A stretch of DNA of 64,000 nt from a bacterium (GCA_963675755.2 CAXXMD010000002.1:1600001-1664000); one strand, 5' to 3'; counted from the first letter of the stretch, positions 19,384 to 29,850 are shown. Program-made: numbers and translations. Notes: generated by a model not told the origin, from the sequence alone.

Positions 19384-20742
19384 TTAATCATTCAAAAACA
19401 GCTCAATCACCGGTACAGTGACATTCGGTGCCTTGACGGGGATTTCCAAAGTAAGCGTATTGTCTTCTTTGGTTTCGCCGGACATCCAGGCACCGCCCCT
19501 GTCGCTAAATTCCAATTCCGAAGCGTCATTTAAAAGCTGTGCGTATTTTACTTTACCTTTGAATCCCGGTAAATGTATATAGCGGAACGGCCACGCCAAA
19601 ACATGAACATACATGCGGTTCAATTCAGGATTATAGGTAAGCATACAATTCTGCGGCATTTCAAAACCTTCCGGTGCTGCTGTACATCCATAAATAGAGC
19701 GGCCGTGGTATTTGAGCCATTCACCCATTGCACCCAGTCGGTCCATTGCACGATCATCAAAATTTCCACGGGCGGTTGGCCCCACATTCAACAGCAGGTT
19801 TCCGCCTTTACTTGTGGTCTCAATCAGCATGGTAACTAGTTGTTTCGGATCTTTCCAGGTATATTCGTCACGATAGTATCCCCATGATCCTGAAAAAGTC
19901 TGACAGGTTTCCCAGGGTACCTTTTTACCATCATAGTTGACCCAGGTTTTGGGCATAAACTGTTCAGGAGTACGGAAATCCCAGCCACCGGGAGTTTCAA
20001 GCAGATCCAGACGATCGTTTATAATAACATTGGGCTGTAATTTTCTAATCAATGACAATAATTCTTTAGAATGCCAGTCATCATGTCCCTTTCCGTCTTT
20101 ACCCGGAAAAGAAAAATCGAGAAACAGCAAATCTATCTGACCATAATTGGTCAAGAGTTCGGTCAACTGATTTTTCATATATTCCACGTATACATCCATA
20201 TCACGGTCTTTTGTTTTTTCGCGGAATTCTTTATTATCTCGCATGGGGTGTCTGCTGTCTACTGGATATTCGGGATGGTGCCAATCGATTAAAGAGTAAT
20301 ACAAACCAACACGCAATCCTTCGGCACGGTATGCATCCAGCATAGGTTTTAACAGGTCTTTGCCACAGGGAGTATTGGGTGCTTTATAGTCGGTATAATC
20401 AGTATCCCAAAGGCAGAAACCTTCATGGTGTTTTGCGGTTATGACCATATACTTCATGCCGGCATCTTTGGCAGCTTTGGCCCATTCCTGGGGATTATAC
20501 ATATCCGGATCAAATAAATCAAAATAGATCTGATACCGTTCATCTTTCATTCTTTCACGGTTCTTTACCCATTCATGACGCGCTGCCATGGCATACGTAC
20601 CCCAATGGATAAACATACCAAAACGTGCATCTGTCCACCATTGCAACCGCTGCTGTTTTTGCTGGGGTGATTCAACAGGGATTTGAGCAAAAACCTGCAA
20701 CGCAAATAACAGGATAAAGAATAAAGACATTTTTTTTACCAT
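19384..20742 (-). CDS. Alpha-L-fucosidase (GH29)
   Basis: WWTDARFGMFIHWG, ITAKHHEGFCLW, GLYYSLIDWHHP, WETCQT..SWGY, GGNLLLNVGP. Confidence 0.93.
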   Translation of the reverse strand: MVKKMSLFFILLFALQVFAQIPVESPQQKQQRLQWWTDARFGMFIHWGTYAMAARHEWVKNRERMKDERYQIYFDLFDPDMYNPQEWAKAAKDAGMKYMVITAKHHEGFCLWDTDYTDYKAPNTPCGKDLLKPMLDAYRAEGLRVGLYYSLIDWHHPEYPVDSRHPMRDNKEFREKTKDRDMDVYVEYMKNQLTELLTNYGQIDLLFLDFSFPGKDGKGHDDWHSKELLSLIRKLQPNVIINDRLDLLETPGGWDFRTPEQFMPKTWVNYDGKKVPWETCQTFSGSWGYYRDEYTWKDPKQLVTMLIETTSKGGNLLLNVGPTARGNFDDRAMDRLGAMGEWLKYHGRSIYGCTAAPEGFEMPQNCMLTYNPELNRMYVHVLAWPFRYIHLPGFKGKVKYAQLLNDASELEFSDRGGAWMSGETKEDNTLTLEIPVKAPNVTVPVIELFLND

Positions 20743-20788
20743 TCCTAACCTCCAATTATTATTATGTTATTCATAAAATAAATATAAA

Positions 20789-21949
20789 TTAAATCAGATC
20801 TGAATTTTTCAAACGCTTCCCCACTTTTCTCAATGTATCAACATCAATAGGATCAATACTTCCATCTGGCAAAGGGCCAGTGTTAAGCAGCAGGTTACAA
20901 TCCGCTTTCCATGCATCTGTTAACATGCGCATAACCTCATCCGCTTTGCGGTGATTGTCCGCGTCTGACTTTTTATATCCCCAAACCCGTGGCTGCAGGG
21001 TATCGCAAATCTCGTTATGTTTATGCTTGTTACTTTCCCAGGCATTACGGGGAACCTCTTGCATTTCCGGTTTCTTGAACCGGTCCGACATGGAATGCCC
21101 TGAACGTTCAGGTGCGGCAAAATCTTCATCTCCGTTTGCACCCTGTTTAAATGAAATAAGCGTATGCGGCTGCAATGACCGGATAAGCGCATAGGTTTCT
21201 TTAATGGGAAACAAATCAGGTCGAGAATAGTAACCCATTATAGGATCAAACCAAATACCCGCAATGGGTCCATATTGGGTCAACAATTCCCGCAGTTGAT
21301 TATGTACATAATCCACATAGATTTTAAAATCCTCATCTTTTTCCCACTTGTATTCCGGTTGATGCTGATCATAAGCAGGCCTTGCATTCTGCCATCCGGC
21401 ATCCCGGGAGTAAAAATATGGATGCCGCCAGTCTGCCGCATAAGAGTAATACAAAAAGAGTCCCAGGCCTTTTTTGTCACATGCCTTGGATAGATCACCA
21501 ATCAAATCTCTTTTTGCTGGGGACTGCACACTGTTAAAATCCGTTTCACGCGTATTGAAAAGGCAAAATCCATCATGGTGCTTGGAAGTGATATTAATGT
21601 ATTTCATACCGGCATCCAAAGCAAGATCCGTAATAAAATCCGGATCAAAATTTTCTGCTGTAAACCGGTCTTTGAGCTTGGCATATTCATAAACCGATAT
21701 TTTCTCTCTCAACATCACCCATTCGCCACGCTCAAGCAATGCATACAATCCGTAATGCATAAACAAACCATACTTTGCTTCGGCAAACCATTGTAACGCA
21801 GCTTTTTTAGGATCGGTCTGATAAAGGTCTTTATAGCCGGATAAATAAGACGGCACATTCGTAGAGGATTTACATCCATTTAAATATATTGTACTGGCTG
21901 TAGTGATAAACGAATTTTTAATAAAGGTACGCCGATTGATAGGTTTCAC
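20789..21949 (-). CDS. Alpha-L-fucosidase (GH29), Tat-exported, possibly a lipoprotein
   Basis: NRRTFIK twin-arginine signal; WFAEAKYGLFMHYG, TSKHHDGFCLF, GIWFDP, NLLLNTGP. Confidence 0.9.
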   Translation of the reverse strand: MKPINRRTFIKNSFITTASTIYLNGCKSSTNVPSYLSGYKDLYQTDPKKAALQWFAEAKYGLFMHYGLYALLERGEWVMLREKISVYEYAKLKDRFTAENFDPDFITDLALDAGMKYINITSKHHDGFCLFNTRETDFNSVQSPAKRDLIGDLSKACDKKGLGLFLYYSYAADWRHPYFYSRDAGWQNARPAYDQHQPEYKWEKDEDFKIYVDYVHNQLRELLTQYGPIAGIWFDPIMGYYSRPDLFPIKETYALIRSLQPHTLISFKQGANGDEDFAAPERSGHSMSDRFKKPEMQEVPRNAWESNKHKHNEICDTLQPRVWGYKKSDADNHRKADEVMRMLTDAWKADCNLLLNTGPLPDGSIDPIDVDTLRKVGKRLKNSDLI

Positions 21950-21984
21950 AGGGTCTCTCCTCTACAATTCAGTAAAATATATTC

Positions 21985-23460
21985 CTATTCATGACCGAAA
22001 AAACGCTTGTTCCAATATTTCACAAAATCTTCCGGAGGACTGTCATTAGACAAACCTCTTTCTGCCAGTGCTTGTCCGTCCCGTTCCATTTGGTGGTTCC
22101 ACCAATATTCTATTTCTTCTTTAGGTTCAGGTATTTCTCCCTGGTCACCGGTTTCTTTAATCCATGCCATCAAGATCAACCGCATAGACTCGAGCTGCTG
22201 TTTGAATTCCGGATTTAATGCAAGGTTATTAATCTCGTAAGGATCATTATCCAGATCATATAGCTCTTCAACAGGTCTTATATCTCGCATAAAAGCAAGT
22301 TGAGCCGGTGTGAGTTTGTTTTGTTTTTTCAGTACCTGTAATAAAGAGAATACCGGATATCGTTTGCGTTTGTAACTGTTTAGCTGCATATAGGGACGTT
22401 CAGGCATAAAATTACGTATATATTTAAATCGCTTGTCACGAATACAACGAATCCTGTCCACAGTTTCATCGCACCTGTCCCTGGCAGCAACAACAAAAAG
22501 ACGCTCCTGGGTATTTTTTCCCAGAAAAATATTGCCCTGTAAATGTGCAGGTGGCTGAATACCCGCAAGGTCCATACACGTGGGGGCAAAATCAATGGAA
22601 CTGACCAGCTCTTCATTCACAGTTCCGGCTTTGAAATGATTGGGCCAGCGAATGATAAGCGGAATACGAATACCTCCTTCATATAACCACTGTTTTCCCC
22701 GAACATGCGGACGGCCATGATCGCCAAAATAAACCACAATGGTATTTTCTGCCAAACCGTCCTTTTCCAACTGTTCCAGCACCTTACCAACCTGCTTGTC
22801 CAGTACCTGCAACGATTCCAGATAATCAGCCCAATCCCGACGGGTAATTGGATGATCAGGATAATAAGGTGGAATATCGACAGTATTGGGATCAACAGGA
22901 TTTTCAGGATCACGTTGAAAAATGCGGTGAGTCATTTTAAAATTGACCTGGGCAAAAAACGGTTGGTTGGTTTTTAACGCGTTCCAGTCTTTTCCATCAA
23001 AAGGTTCTTCCCGGGGTTCAAAATTCCAATCGGTTTTACCGGTTCCCGCAACATCGGGTGCAGGATTGGTGATATTGGCTGTAAAATAACCGGCTTGTTT
23101 AAAATAATGAGTAATAACCCTGACCGGTTCTGGTAATGGTTTTTTGACCCGGGTACGGTGGTTATGGGCACCAATAGTAGTCTGGTACATACCTGTCATA
23201 AAACCAGAGCGTACAGGCGAACATACAGGACATGTAACAAATGCACGATTAAACCGGATTCCTTCCGAAGCAAATTTATCGATAAATGGAGTTTTCACGG
23301 AACGATTACCATAACAGGCAAAATCAGGACTGGTATCTTCAGAGATTAACCAAAGGATATTGGGTTTAGCAGGTTTAGCGCAATGAAAAGACAAAGAAAA
23401 CAAGGCAGTTGCTGCGGCAGTACGATTCATAAACTGTCGGCGTGTTAACTGTTTAGACAT
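21985..23460 (-). CDS. Cys-type S1 sulfatase, Tat-exported
   Basis: TRRQFM Tat motif; PNILWLISED, CSPVRSGFMTG (CxPxR), GDHG, RGKQWLYEGGIRIPLI. Confidence 0.92.
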   Translation of the reverse strand: MSKQLTRRQFMNRTAAATALFSLSFHCAKPAKPNILWLISEDTSPDFACYGNRSVKTPFIDKFASEGIRFNRAFVTCPVCSPVRSGFMTGMYQTTIGAHNHRTRVKKPLPEPVRVITHYFKQAGYFTANITNPAPDVAGTGKTDWNFEPREEPFDGKDWNALKTNQPFFAQVNFKMTHRIFQRDPENPVDPNTVDIPPYYPDHPITRRDWADYLESLQVLDKQVGKVLEQLEKDGLAENTIVVYFGDHGRPHVRGKQWLYEGGIRIPLIIRWPNHFKAGTVNEELVSSIDFAPTCMDLAGIQPPAHLQGNIFLGKNTQERLFVVAARDRCDETVDRIRCIRDKRFKYIRNFMPERPYMQLNSYKRKRYPVFSLLQVLKKQNKLTPAQLAFMRDIRPVEELYDLDNDPYEINNLALNPEFKQQLESMRLILMAWIKETGDQGEIPEPKEEIEYWWNHQMERDGQALAERGLSNDSPPEDFVKYWNKRFFGHE

Positions 23461-23478
23461 ATTGGGTCCTTTCAAAGG

Positions 23479-24513
23479 TTATTCAAAAATATCTCCATCT
23501 CTGGACAACACAATAGCAATGGGTCGGGTTTTGGGAAAATGTGAAAGAATAATCATACCAATTACTGTAATGGGTACACACAGAATCATACCGGCAATTC
23601 CCCACAACGCTCCCCAGGCAAACAGGGATAATATAATAACAATAGGACTCAGATTCAGATTGTTTCCCATTAATCGGGGTTCAAGAATATTACCAATAAG
23701 GAATTGCAGCATACCAATGCCCCCTGCAACAATAACAATGGGGTATAAACTATCAAACTGAATTATTGCAAAAACTGATGGGAAAATAGTGGCAACAATG
23801 GATCCGATTGAAGGAATAAAATTCAAGGTAAAGATAAGTATAGACCAAAACTCGGCAAAATCAAGATTTTGGGATGACATGATCAGGTACCCCAAAATAG
23901 CTGTTAATGCGCTATTGAAGGTTTTAATACCTATATAAACCCGAATGTCTTTATCAATCTTTTTGATCAATGCAAAAACTTCTTCACGTCGATGCGGTTG
24001 TTTGATCAATGCGGCAAGTTTGAGCTGAAAGCTCTTTTGTTCCAGAAATAAAAATACCAGATAAACCAGAATAATACCCGCCTTGCTCACAAATCCGGTA
24101 ATGGTTACAGCAAATTGAGACAATAAACCGGCAATGTCTATACTTGAAAAAATCTGGCGTATGGTTGGAGGCTCTTCCAGATTAAACAACTGGTAACCCT
24201 GGGTTATAAGGGAAGTGAATTTCTTTTGGTATGCTGGAGCAACAACAACAACATCTGCAATATTGTTGCTTATCAGATTTAAAAAGAATACGATAAGACC
24301 ACCCATGGTGATAAAAGAAAAAATAAAGCACAACCACCGTGGTAAATGGTATTTCCATATTTTTATTTTCTCAAAAGCCAGTGCCAGTATATTAATCAAA
24401 TACCATATAATGATTGCAAGTACAAAGGGAATCAACAAATCTTTGCCAACAATCAATATATAGAAAACAAGAATTGTACTGACAAATGCCAGAAAAAAAT
24501 TGAGCAATCTCAT
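23479..24513 (-). CDS. AI-2E family transporter
   Basis: Multi-TM protein with LNFIPSIGS, GNILEPRLMG..LNLSP, WGALWGIAGMILCVP. Confidence 0.88.
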   Translation of the reverse strand: MRLLNFFLAFVSTILVFYILIVGKDLLIPFVLAIIIWYLINILALAFEKIKIWKYHLPRWLCFIFSFITMGGLIVFFLNLISNNIADVVVVAPAYQKKFTSLITQGYQLFNLEEPPTIRQIFSSIDIAGLLSQFAVTITGFVSKAGIILVYLVFLFLEQKSFQLKLAALIKQPHRREEVFALIKKIDKDIRVYIGIKTFNSALTAILGYLIMSSQNLDFAEFWSILIFTLNFIPSIGSIVATIFPSVFAIIQFDSLYPIVIVAGGIGMLQFLIGNILEPRLMGNNLNLSPIVIILSLFAWGALWGIAGMILCVPITVIGMIILSHFPKTRPIAIVLSRDGDIFE

Positions 24514-24623
24514 TTACTTGTATCCAAATATAATGTTCAATTTAAAACATAAACATTTTTTTATAATTCAACAATACTCTATTTATAAATTTATCTTTTT
24601 ATTACAATGCTTTACAAACATTA

Positions 24624-26066
24624 TTATTGATAAATAGAATTCATTTCCCAGATATCAATTGTTTTAAAAACAGATTTGTATTTATTGCTGAATAGCCTGA
24701 TTTTGTTCATATCCATACCTGGAAATGTACGGATTGTAGCACATTCTCTACCGTTAATATAACATTCAACAACAGACCTGTCTACAAATATATGCAAACG
24801 CAATGTCTTTTCATACGGCAATAACTGAAACGGAGCAGAAACATTGCCGGCATTGAAAACCAGTTGTTTATTGTCGAATTCAATTCGAACTCCGGTTTGT
24901 GTTTTTTCGGAATACAACACATCCAATCCGGATTGGTGCGCAGTACCAATGTCAATATCTGTAATGATCTCAAAACAGTTTCCTGAAAAATCTGGCAGTA
25001 CAAATACATCATTAGCGCCAACCGTAACATCTGCAAACTGGGAATGCTTTCCCCGTAATGCTGACAGTTCCGGCAAGGGTTCTATGCCCAGTGTTTGATC
25101 ATCACGCAGCGTTAATACTCGAGGCAGGGTCAGCATACCATTCCAGGGATATCCTTCAGTACCACCACCGGTTATCCACCCCCACATTATACGTCTTCCC
25201 TGTTCATCAACCAGGCAATTGGGAGCATAGAAACCACTGCGCCCCCCTATATCCAAAGATTTCCAGGAACCATGAGTAAATTTATTATCTTTAAATTCAC
25301 CCAAAGTGTATTGAACTTTGCCATAAGGAGAAACCGCAAGCAGCCATTTTTCACCCAGTGTAAAAAAATTGGGGCATTCCCACATACTTCCAAATCCGGT
25401 ACTTATGGGATTAATATATACCCAATCCGTCAGGTTGGTAGATTTGTAAAGAAAAGCCGTTCCGCCTACATCTTTAATTCCGGAACCTATAACCATGTAC
25501 CACTCATCGCCATCCTGCCAAACAAACGGATCACGGAATCCGGTTACATTTTCTACCGGAGGCTTGGGGATCACAGGATTCCCGTCATACTTTATCCATG
25601 TTCTCATATTATCATAACTGCGTGCTATGCATTGTACTTCCGGGTTTACACCGGTATAGATAATTGTAGGCACACCGTTATCTATCACACAGCAGCCAGA
25701 AAACACACCATCTTTATCATAGCTTTCCGGATTAGGAGTAAGAGCAATGGGCAAATGCTGCCAGGTTACCATATCTTTACTTACCGCATGTCCCCAGGAC
25801 ATGTTTCCCCATTTGTCTCCATAGGGATTATGTTGAAAAAACATGTGATATTCGCCCTTGAAATAAACAGGACCATTGGGATCATTTATCCAATTGGCTT
25901 TTGTGGCAAGGTGAAACAAGGGTTTGAGAGGATCTTGCTGGGCTTTTACTGCCGCCTGCTCTACACTGGCATCGGCATTTACCAAAAGATCATTATGAAT
26001 AGAATCAAAGGTTTGTGAAAAAGAAAGTACTGCTAAACTCAAAAGTAAGGAAAATAGAATTCGCAT
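24624..26066 (-). CDS. Glycoside hydrolase family 32 (beta-fructofuranosidase/levanase-like)
   Basis: WINDPNG, WGHAVS, FSG, FRDP and WECP motifs; C-terminal beta-sandwich (FVDRSVVE). Confidence 0.93.
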   Translation of the reverse strand: MRILFSLLLSLAVLSFSQTFDSIHNDLLVNADASVEQAAVKAQQDPLKPLFHLATKANWINDPNGPVYFKGEYHMFFQHNPYGDKWGNMSWGHAVSKDMVTWQHLPIALTPNPESYDKDGVFSGCCVIDNGVPTIIYTGVNPEVQCIARSYDNMRTWIKYDGNPVIPKPPVENVTGFRDPFVWQDGDEWYMVIGSGIKDVGGTAFLYKSTNLTDWVYINPISTGFGSMWECPNFFTLGEKWLLAVSPYGKVQYTLGEFKDNKFTHGSWKSLDIGGRSGFYAPNCLVDEQGRRIMWGWITGGGTEGYPWNGMLTLPRVLTLRDDQTLGIEPLPELSALRGKHSQFADVTVGANDVFVLPDFSGNCFEIITDIDIGTAHQSGLDVLYSEKTQTGVRIEFDNKQLVFNAGNVSAPFQLLPYEKTLRLHIFVDRSVVECYINGRECATIRTFPGMDMNKIRLFSNKYKSVFKTIDIWEMNSIYQ

Positions 26067-26124
26067 GAACAGCTCCCTTTTTTATTTACAAAACAGTATA
26101 CAAAATAAAAATGTATTGTAAAAG

Positions 26125-26157
26125 AAAAAAGCCCCAGAGATTTCACCTGAGGCTTTG
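26125..26157 (-). terminator. Rho-independent terminator
   Basis: Minus strand AAGCCTCAGG...CTGGGGCTTTTTT after the 26181 stop. Confidence 0.7.
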
Positions 26158-26180
26158 AAGGAGACTGCATATGCAGTAAA

Positions 26181-26585
26181 TTATTGGATAGTGAGTTTAA
26201 GAGAACCTGTTTTTCCCCAATAATTTTTTTCATATTCTTTGGTTACTATCTCTTTACCATCTTTATCAATCGCTTTGATATCAAGATTAAATGTTTCATA
26301 TGGTGCATCCTGAGGAATCTTCATCGAAGAAGTCCATACGTTTTTCTCAGATGCAACATCATTTTCAAGGATAATCTCCGGGGCATCGTATGGATATTCA
26401 CGAACAGTTACAGTGATACTTTGAATATCACTGGCCTTACCGGTAAATTCAGCAGTGATCGTTACTTTTTCACCAATGGATGCTTTTTCAGGATTGATAG
26501 TTGCTTTAACAAGTTTCGGTTGTCCCGCAAATGCCATTCCTGCAACTAAAAGAACCATTACACTAATCAATACGATTTTTTTCAT
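26181..26585 (-). CDS. Small secreted Ig-like hypothetical protein
   Basis: RBS GGGAGG before MKKIVLIS (26585); signal peptide; beta-rich sequence. Confidence 0.7.
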   Translation of the reverse strand: MKKIVLISVMVLLVAGMAFAGQPKLVKATINPEKASIGEKVTITAEFTGKASDIQSITVTVREYPYDAPEIILENDVASEKNVWTSSMKIPQDAPYETFNLDIKAIDKDGKEIVTKEYEKNYWGKTGSLKLTIQ

Positions 26586-26702
26586 TTGTTCCTCCCAATA
26601 ATTATAATTAAACACTTTGTTATTTGTCAAATTTTCATACGACAAACATAAGAAAAAGATTCCAAAAGTGCGTCTATTATATGCGGGAGGACGTCCACAC
26701 CG

Positions 26703-27812
26703 CTAATTCTGGACTTTGCGGTACTCTGAAGGGGTTTGTCCGGTATATTTTTTAAAAATTGCATTAAAAGCAGATTTTGAATTAAATCCGCAATCCATTG
26801 CTATAGCCAACAAGGTGAGATACTGGTACTGGGGATCCATCAGTCGCTGTTTCACTTCCTCAATACGATAGGTATTGATATAATGAAAAAAATTTTTATC
26901 AAAAACACTGTTTATGATTTGTGTTAAATGGTGACGTGAAATTTTTAAATGTGCAGCCAGGTCCTGTATATTTAATTCGGGGTCCAGAAAAGGTTTGTCT
27001 GTTTCCATATATTTTGAGAGTTGTTCACCATACTGGCGGGCCTGGTCTTCAGTCAATCCGGATCGTTCATATTTATTTTGCCGGGGTTCGTTAGATTTTT
27101 CTACTTCCACAATCCGGTTAAATCTGAATAATGTAGGTTGTTTTATTCCAAAATAACTTACACTAAAGGCAAAAATGGTTAATCCCAGTCGATTAAAAAA
27201 ACGAGGATCAAAGAAAAAGTTTTTTTCCACAAAAAACATTCCCATTATAACCAAACCGGTAATGGAAATAAAAAATATCGTTAAAATAAATTTAACCCAG
27301 TTTAGTGTAAGTAAACGAGATGTGAATGAAAATTTGTCCTGAATATTTTGTTGGTGCAAATGAATATCAGACAGAATTCGATATCCATAAAAAGCTAAAG
27401 AAAATAAGAAATATAACATGTATATATGACGGAGTATAATTCCGGTAATTTCCAGCTTTTGAGGGTGGCTAAATATAGGTTCATTTATCAAAAACAATGA
27501 TACAAATACAATATAAACCAGGGCGGGTATAAAGTGTATTAAATCTTTGTAATGAATTTCAGGAGATTCATCAATCAAATATTTCACATAAAGATATAAA
27601 AATGGCAAATACGTCATTGGAAAAAACAGACTTATATTCAATAAAGGAATAAACCAATGAGATTCCAAAACCAGGGACAAGGCCATTTCTGATGCAATAA
27701 AAAATAACCAGACAGCAAAGATCAAATCATGAATATATTTGGGTCGCTTGGTCACAATAATAAAAAAAGCAAATGCCGATTGTGATAAACCAATGTATAA
27801 TAGGGGTATCAT
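26703..27812 (-). CDS. Membrane-anchored AraC-family regulator
   Basis: N-terminal TM helices; C-terminal KPFLDPELNIQDLA...INTYRIEEVK...IAMDCGFNSKSAFNAIFKKYTGQTPSEYR HTH. Confidence 0.92.
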   Translation of the reverse strand: MIPLLYIGLSQSAFAFFIIVTKRPKYIHDLIFAVWLFFIASEMALSLVLESHWFIPLLNISLFFPMTYLPFLYLYVKYLIDESPEIHYKDLIHFIPALVYIVFVSLFLINEPIFSHPQKLEITGIILRHIYMLYFLFSLAFYGYRILSDIHLHQQNIQDKFSFTSRLLTLNWVKFILTIFFISITGLVIMGMFFVEKNFFFDPRFFNRLGLTIFAFSVSYFGIKQPTLFRFNRIVEVEKSNEPRQNKYERSGLTEDQARQYGEQLSKYMETDKPFLDPELNIQDLAAHLKISRHHLTQIINSVFDKNFFHYINTYRIEEVKQRLMDPQYQYLTLLAIAMDCGFNSKSAFNAIFKKYTGQTPSEYRKVQN

Positions 27813-27881
27813 TCATCATCCTGAATTGTTTTCATAATTTACAAAAAAAAGTCACTATTTCAAACAATTCATAAAAAAAAG

Positions 27882-27913
27882 AAAAGGCCTCTGGATATGA
27901 TACCAGAGGCCTT
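27882..27913 (-). terminator. Rho-independent terminator
   Basis: AAGGCCTCTGG-N8-CCAGAGGCCTT stem followed by a T-tract on the minus strand. Confidence 0.8.
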
Positions 27914-27947
27914 GTTCGGAGGTTGGGAAAAGAAATTTTTAGTATGT

Positions 27948-28337
27948 TTATCTTGCTGCGAAAAAATTGTTCAGCTTGTTATAGACATCGTTGAAAAATA
28001 CCTTGGGATCAATTTCTTCGGTGTCAATGTGTTCAATTAAATCTTTGTCTTTCAACAAATCCAGGGTCATTTTTGCATTTACCCGGATATATGCTTTGTC
28101 ATCTTTGTTGCTCATTTTCTTCAACAAGGAAGTAAATTCATAAGCATCAAAATCGGGATACTGTGAAGTAAGAACTACAATCTGTTTCAGTGCACTGTTA
28201 CGTACACCAGCATTATCTGATTGTAAAGCCAATTTGTAAGCTTTTTCTGCTTGTTCCAACTTTTTAGATGAAACCTCTGCACTTGCAAGTCCTACCAGTG
28301 TAAGCAGTACCAGTAATATAGCCGTTCCTTTTTTCAT
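27948..28337 (-). CDS. Small secreted helical (HEAT-like) hypothetical protein
   Basis: Signal peptide; 'ALQSDNAGVRNSA' and 'DDKAYIRVNA' HEAT-like segments; good RBS. Confidence 0.7.
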   Translation of the reverse strand: MKKGTAILLVLLTLVGLASAEVSSKKLEQAEKAYKLALQSDNAGVRNSALKQIVVLTSQYPDFDAYEFTSLLKKMSNKDDKAYIRVNAKMTLDLLKDKDLIEHIDTEEIDPKVFFNDVYNKLNNFFAAR

Positions 28338-28422
28338 GATGTTTCCCCTTTCCTTATGTTAAATTTTAAAATTACCACTTGATGTTAGTGATGTTTTCCT
28401 TTATGTATTTGCTTCTGTCTTA

Positions 28423-28439
28423 TACAAGAGTTGTGCCAA
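28423..28439 (-). promoter_or_regulatory. Putative sigma54 promoter for 27948..28337
   Basis: Minus strand TTGGCAC-AACTC-TTGTA, near consensus TGGCAC-N5-TTGCW. Confidence 0.6.
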
Positions 28440-28710
28440 AAAAAGCACATAACCACAACTCATTATTATACATGTACTTATACATAAAATATGAATTGTA
28501 AAAAAAATGCTCATGGGTGCCACAAAAATCATACAAAATTGTAGAAACGAACATAACATATTAAAGAATAAACACTTGCTAAAAATGTCATTTTGTAGCT
28601 ACTTGCATAATTGTGGCACCCATGGAAAAATCCCAAAATCTTATTTTACCATAATTGATCTTGATTCTTGGCAAATAATCCTTATATTCAATATAAAATT
28701 TGGAGATTTT

Positions 28711-29850
28711 ATGGCTACACACCGGTCCGAAACAATCCCTCCCTTTATCGTTATGGAAGTTTTAGAACGCGCCCAGGAGCTTGAACGCCAGGGACGATCC
28801 ATAATTCATATGGAAATAGGTGAACCGGATTTTGATACACCTGCAAAAATCAAACAAGCTGCAATTGATGCAATCAACAGAAATGAAACTCACTATACCC
28901 ACAGCCTGGGAATAAAACCCCTTCGGGAAGCAATTGTACAGCACTATAAATCAAAATATAATGTAGAAATTGAACCAGATCAGGTGATTGTAACACAAGG
29001 AACGTCACCGGCCTTGCTGCTGATTCTGTGTGCATTATTGGAAACAGATGACGAAGCTATTATCACCAATCCCTGTTATGCCTGTTACCCCAATTTTATC
29101 AATTATATAGGTGGTGTTCCTGTTGATGTTCCACTATCTGCGGAAGATGGTTTTATTTTGACAGCCAATGCCGCAAGAAAAAAAATCACTGCCAAAACCA
29201 GAGCTATTCTTATCAATAGCCCATCCAATCCTACCGGTACACTATTACCGGCGCAACATATGAAGGAAATAGCAAACCTGGGCCCCACCATCATTTCAGA
29301 TGAAATTTATCATGGTCTGGTTTACGGTGAAAATGAGCATTCTATACTGGAATACACGGACAATGCGTTTGTATTAAACGGTTTTTCAAAATATTATGCA
29401 ATGACCGGATGGCGGCTGGGATACATCATTGCTCCTAAAGCATACATAAGGCCGATCCAAAAATCCCAACAAAATCTATTTATATGTGCATCATCTATTT
29501 CTCAATGGGCAGGTGTAGCAGCATTAACACAAGAACATCCCGAACTTTTAATAATGTTAAACACATATAATGAACGAAGACAATACCTTATCTTGGCTTT
29601 AAAAGAATTAGGTTTTAAATTAGCGGTTGAACCCAGGGGAGCGTTTTACATGCTTGCGGATGCACGGCATCTTGCTGATAATTCATATGATCTCGCAATG
29701 GATATATTGGACAAAACAGGTGTAGCCATTGATCCCGGTATAGATTTTGGCGTGCATGCAGAAGGATTCCTGCGATTTTCTTACGCCAATTCACTTGACA
29801 ACATTAAAGCTGCAATGAAAAGATTAGCAGGTTATGCTGAAAACAGATAA
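28711..29850 (+). CDS. PLP-dependent aminotransferase class I/II (aspartate aminotransferase-like)
   Basis: IGEPDFDT, NSPSNPTG, ISDEIY, GFSKYYAMTGWRLG; start moved to the ATG at 28711 after GGAG. Confidence 0.92.
   Translation: MATHRSETIPPFIVMEVLERAQELERQGRSIIHMEIGEPDFDTPAKIKQAAIDAINRNETHYTHSLGIKPLREAIVQHYKSKYNVEIEPDQVIVTQGTSPALLLILCALLETDDEAIITNPCYACYPNFINYIGGVPVDVPLSAEDGFILTANAARKKITAKTRAILINSPSNPTGTLLPAQHMKEIANLGPTIISDEIYHGLVYGENEHSILEYTDNAFVLNGFSKYYAMTGWRLGYIIAPKAYIRPIQKSQQNLFICASSISQWAGVAALTQEHPELLIMLNTYNERRQYLILALKELGFKLAVEPRGAFYMLADARHLADNSYDLAMDILDKTGVAIDPGIDFGVHAEGFLRFSYANSLDNIKAAMKRLAGYAENR

Noticed and set aside
4219-19384. Complete diversity-generating retroelement
   Set aside because: No reverse transcriptase, Avd-like gene or non-coding AAC-rich template seen; the FGE domain ends are conserved rather than hypervariable among the paralogs.
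25272-26018. 248-aa plus-strand ORF
   Set aside because: Antisense shadow of the GH32 gene.
28507-28710. 68-aa N-terminal extension of the aminotransferase
   Set aside because: AT-rich divergent promoter region; the RBS and family similarity begin at 28711.
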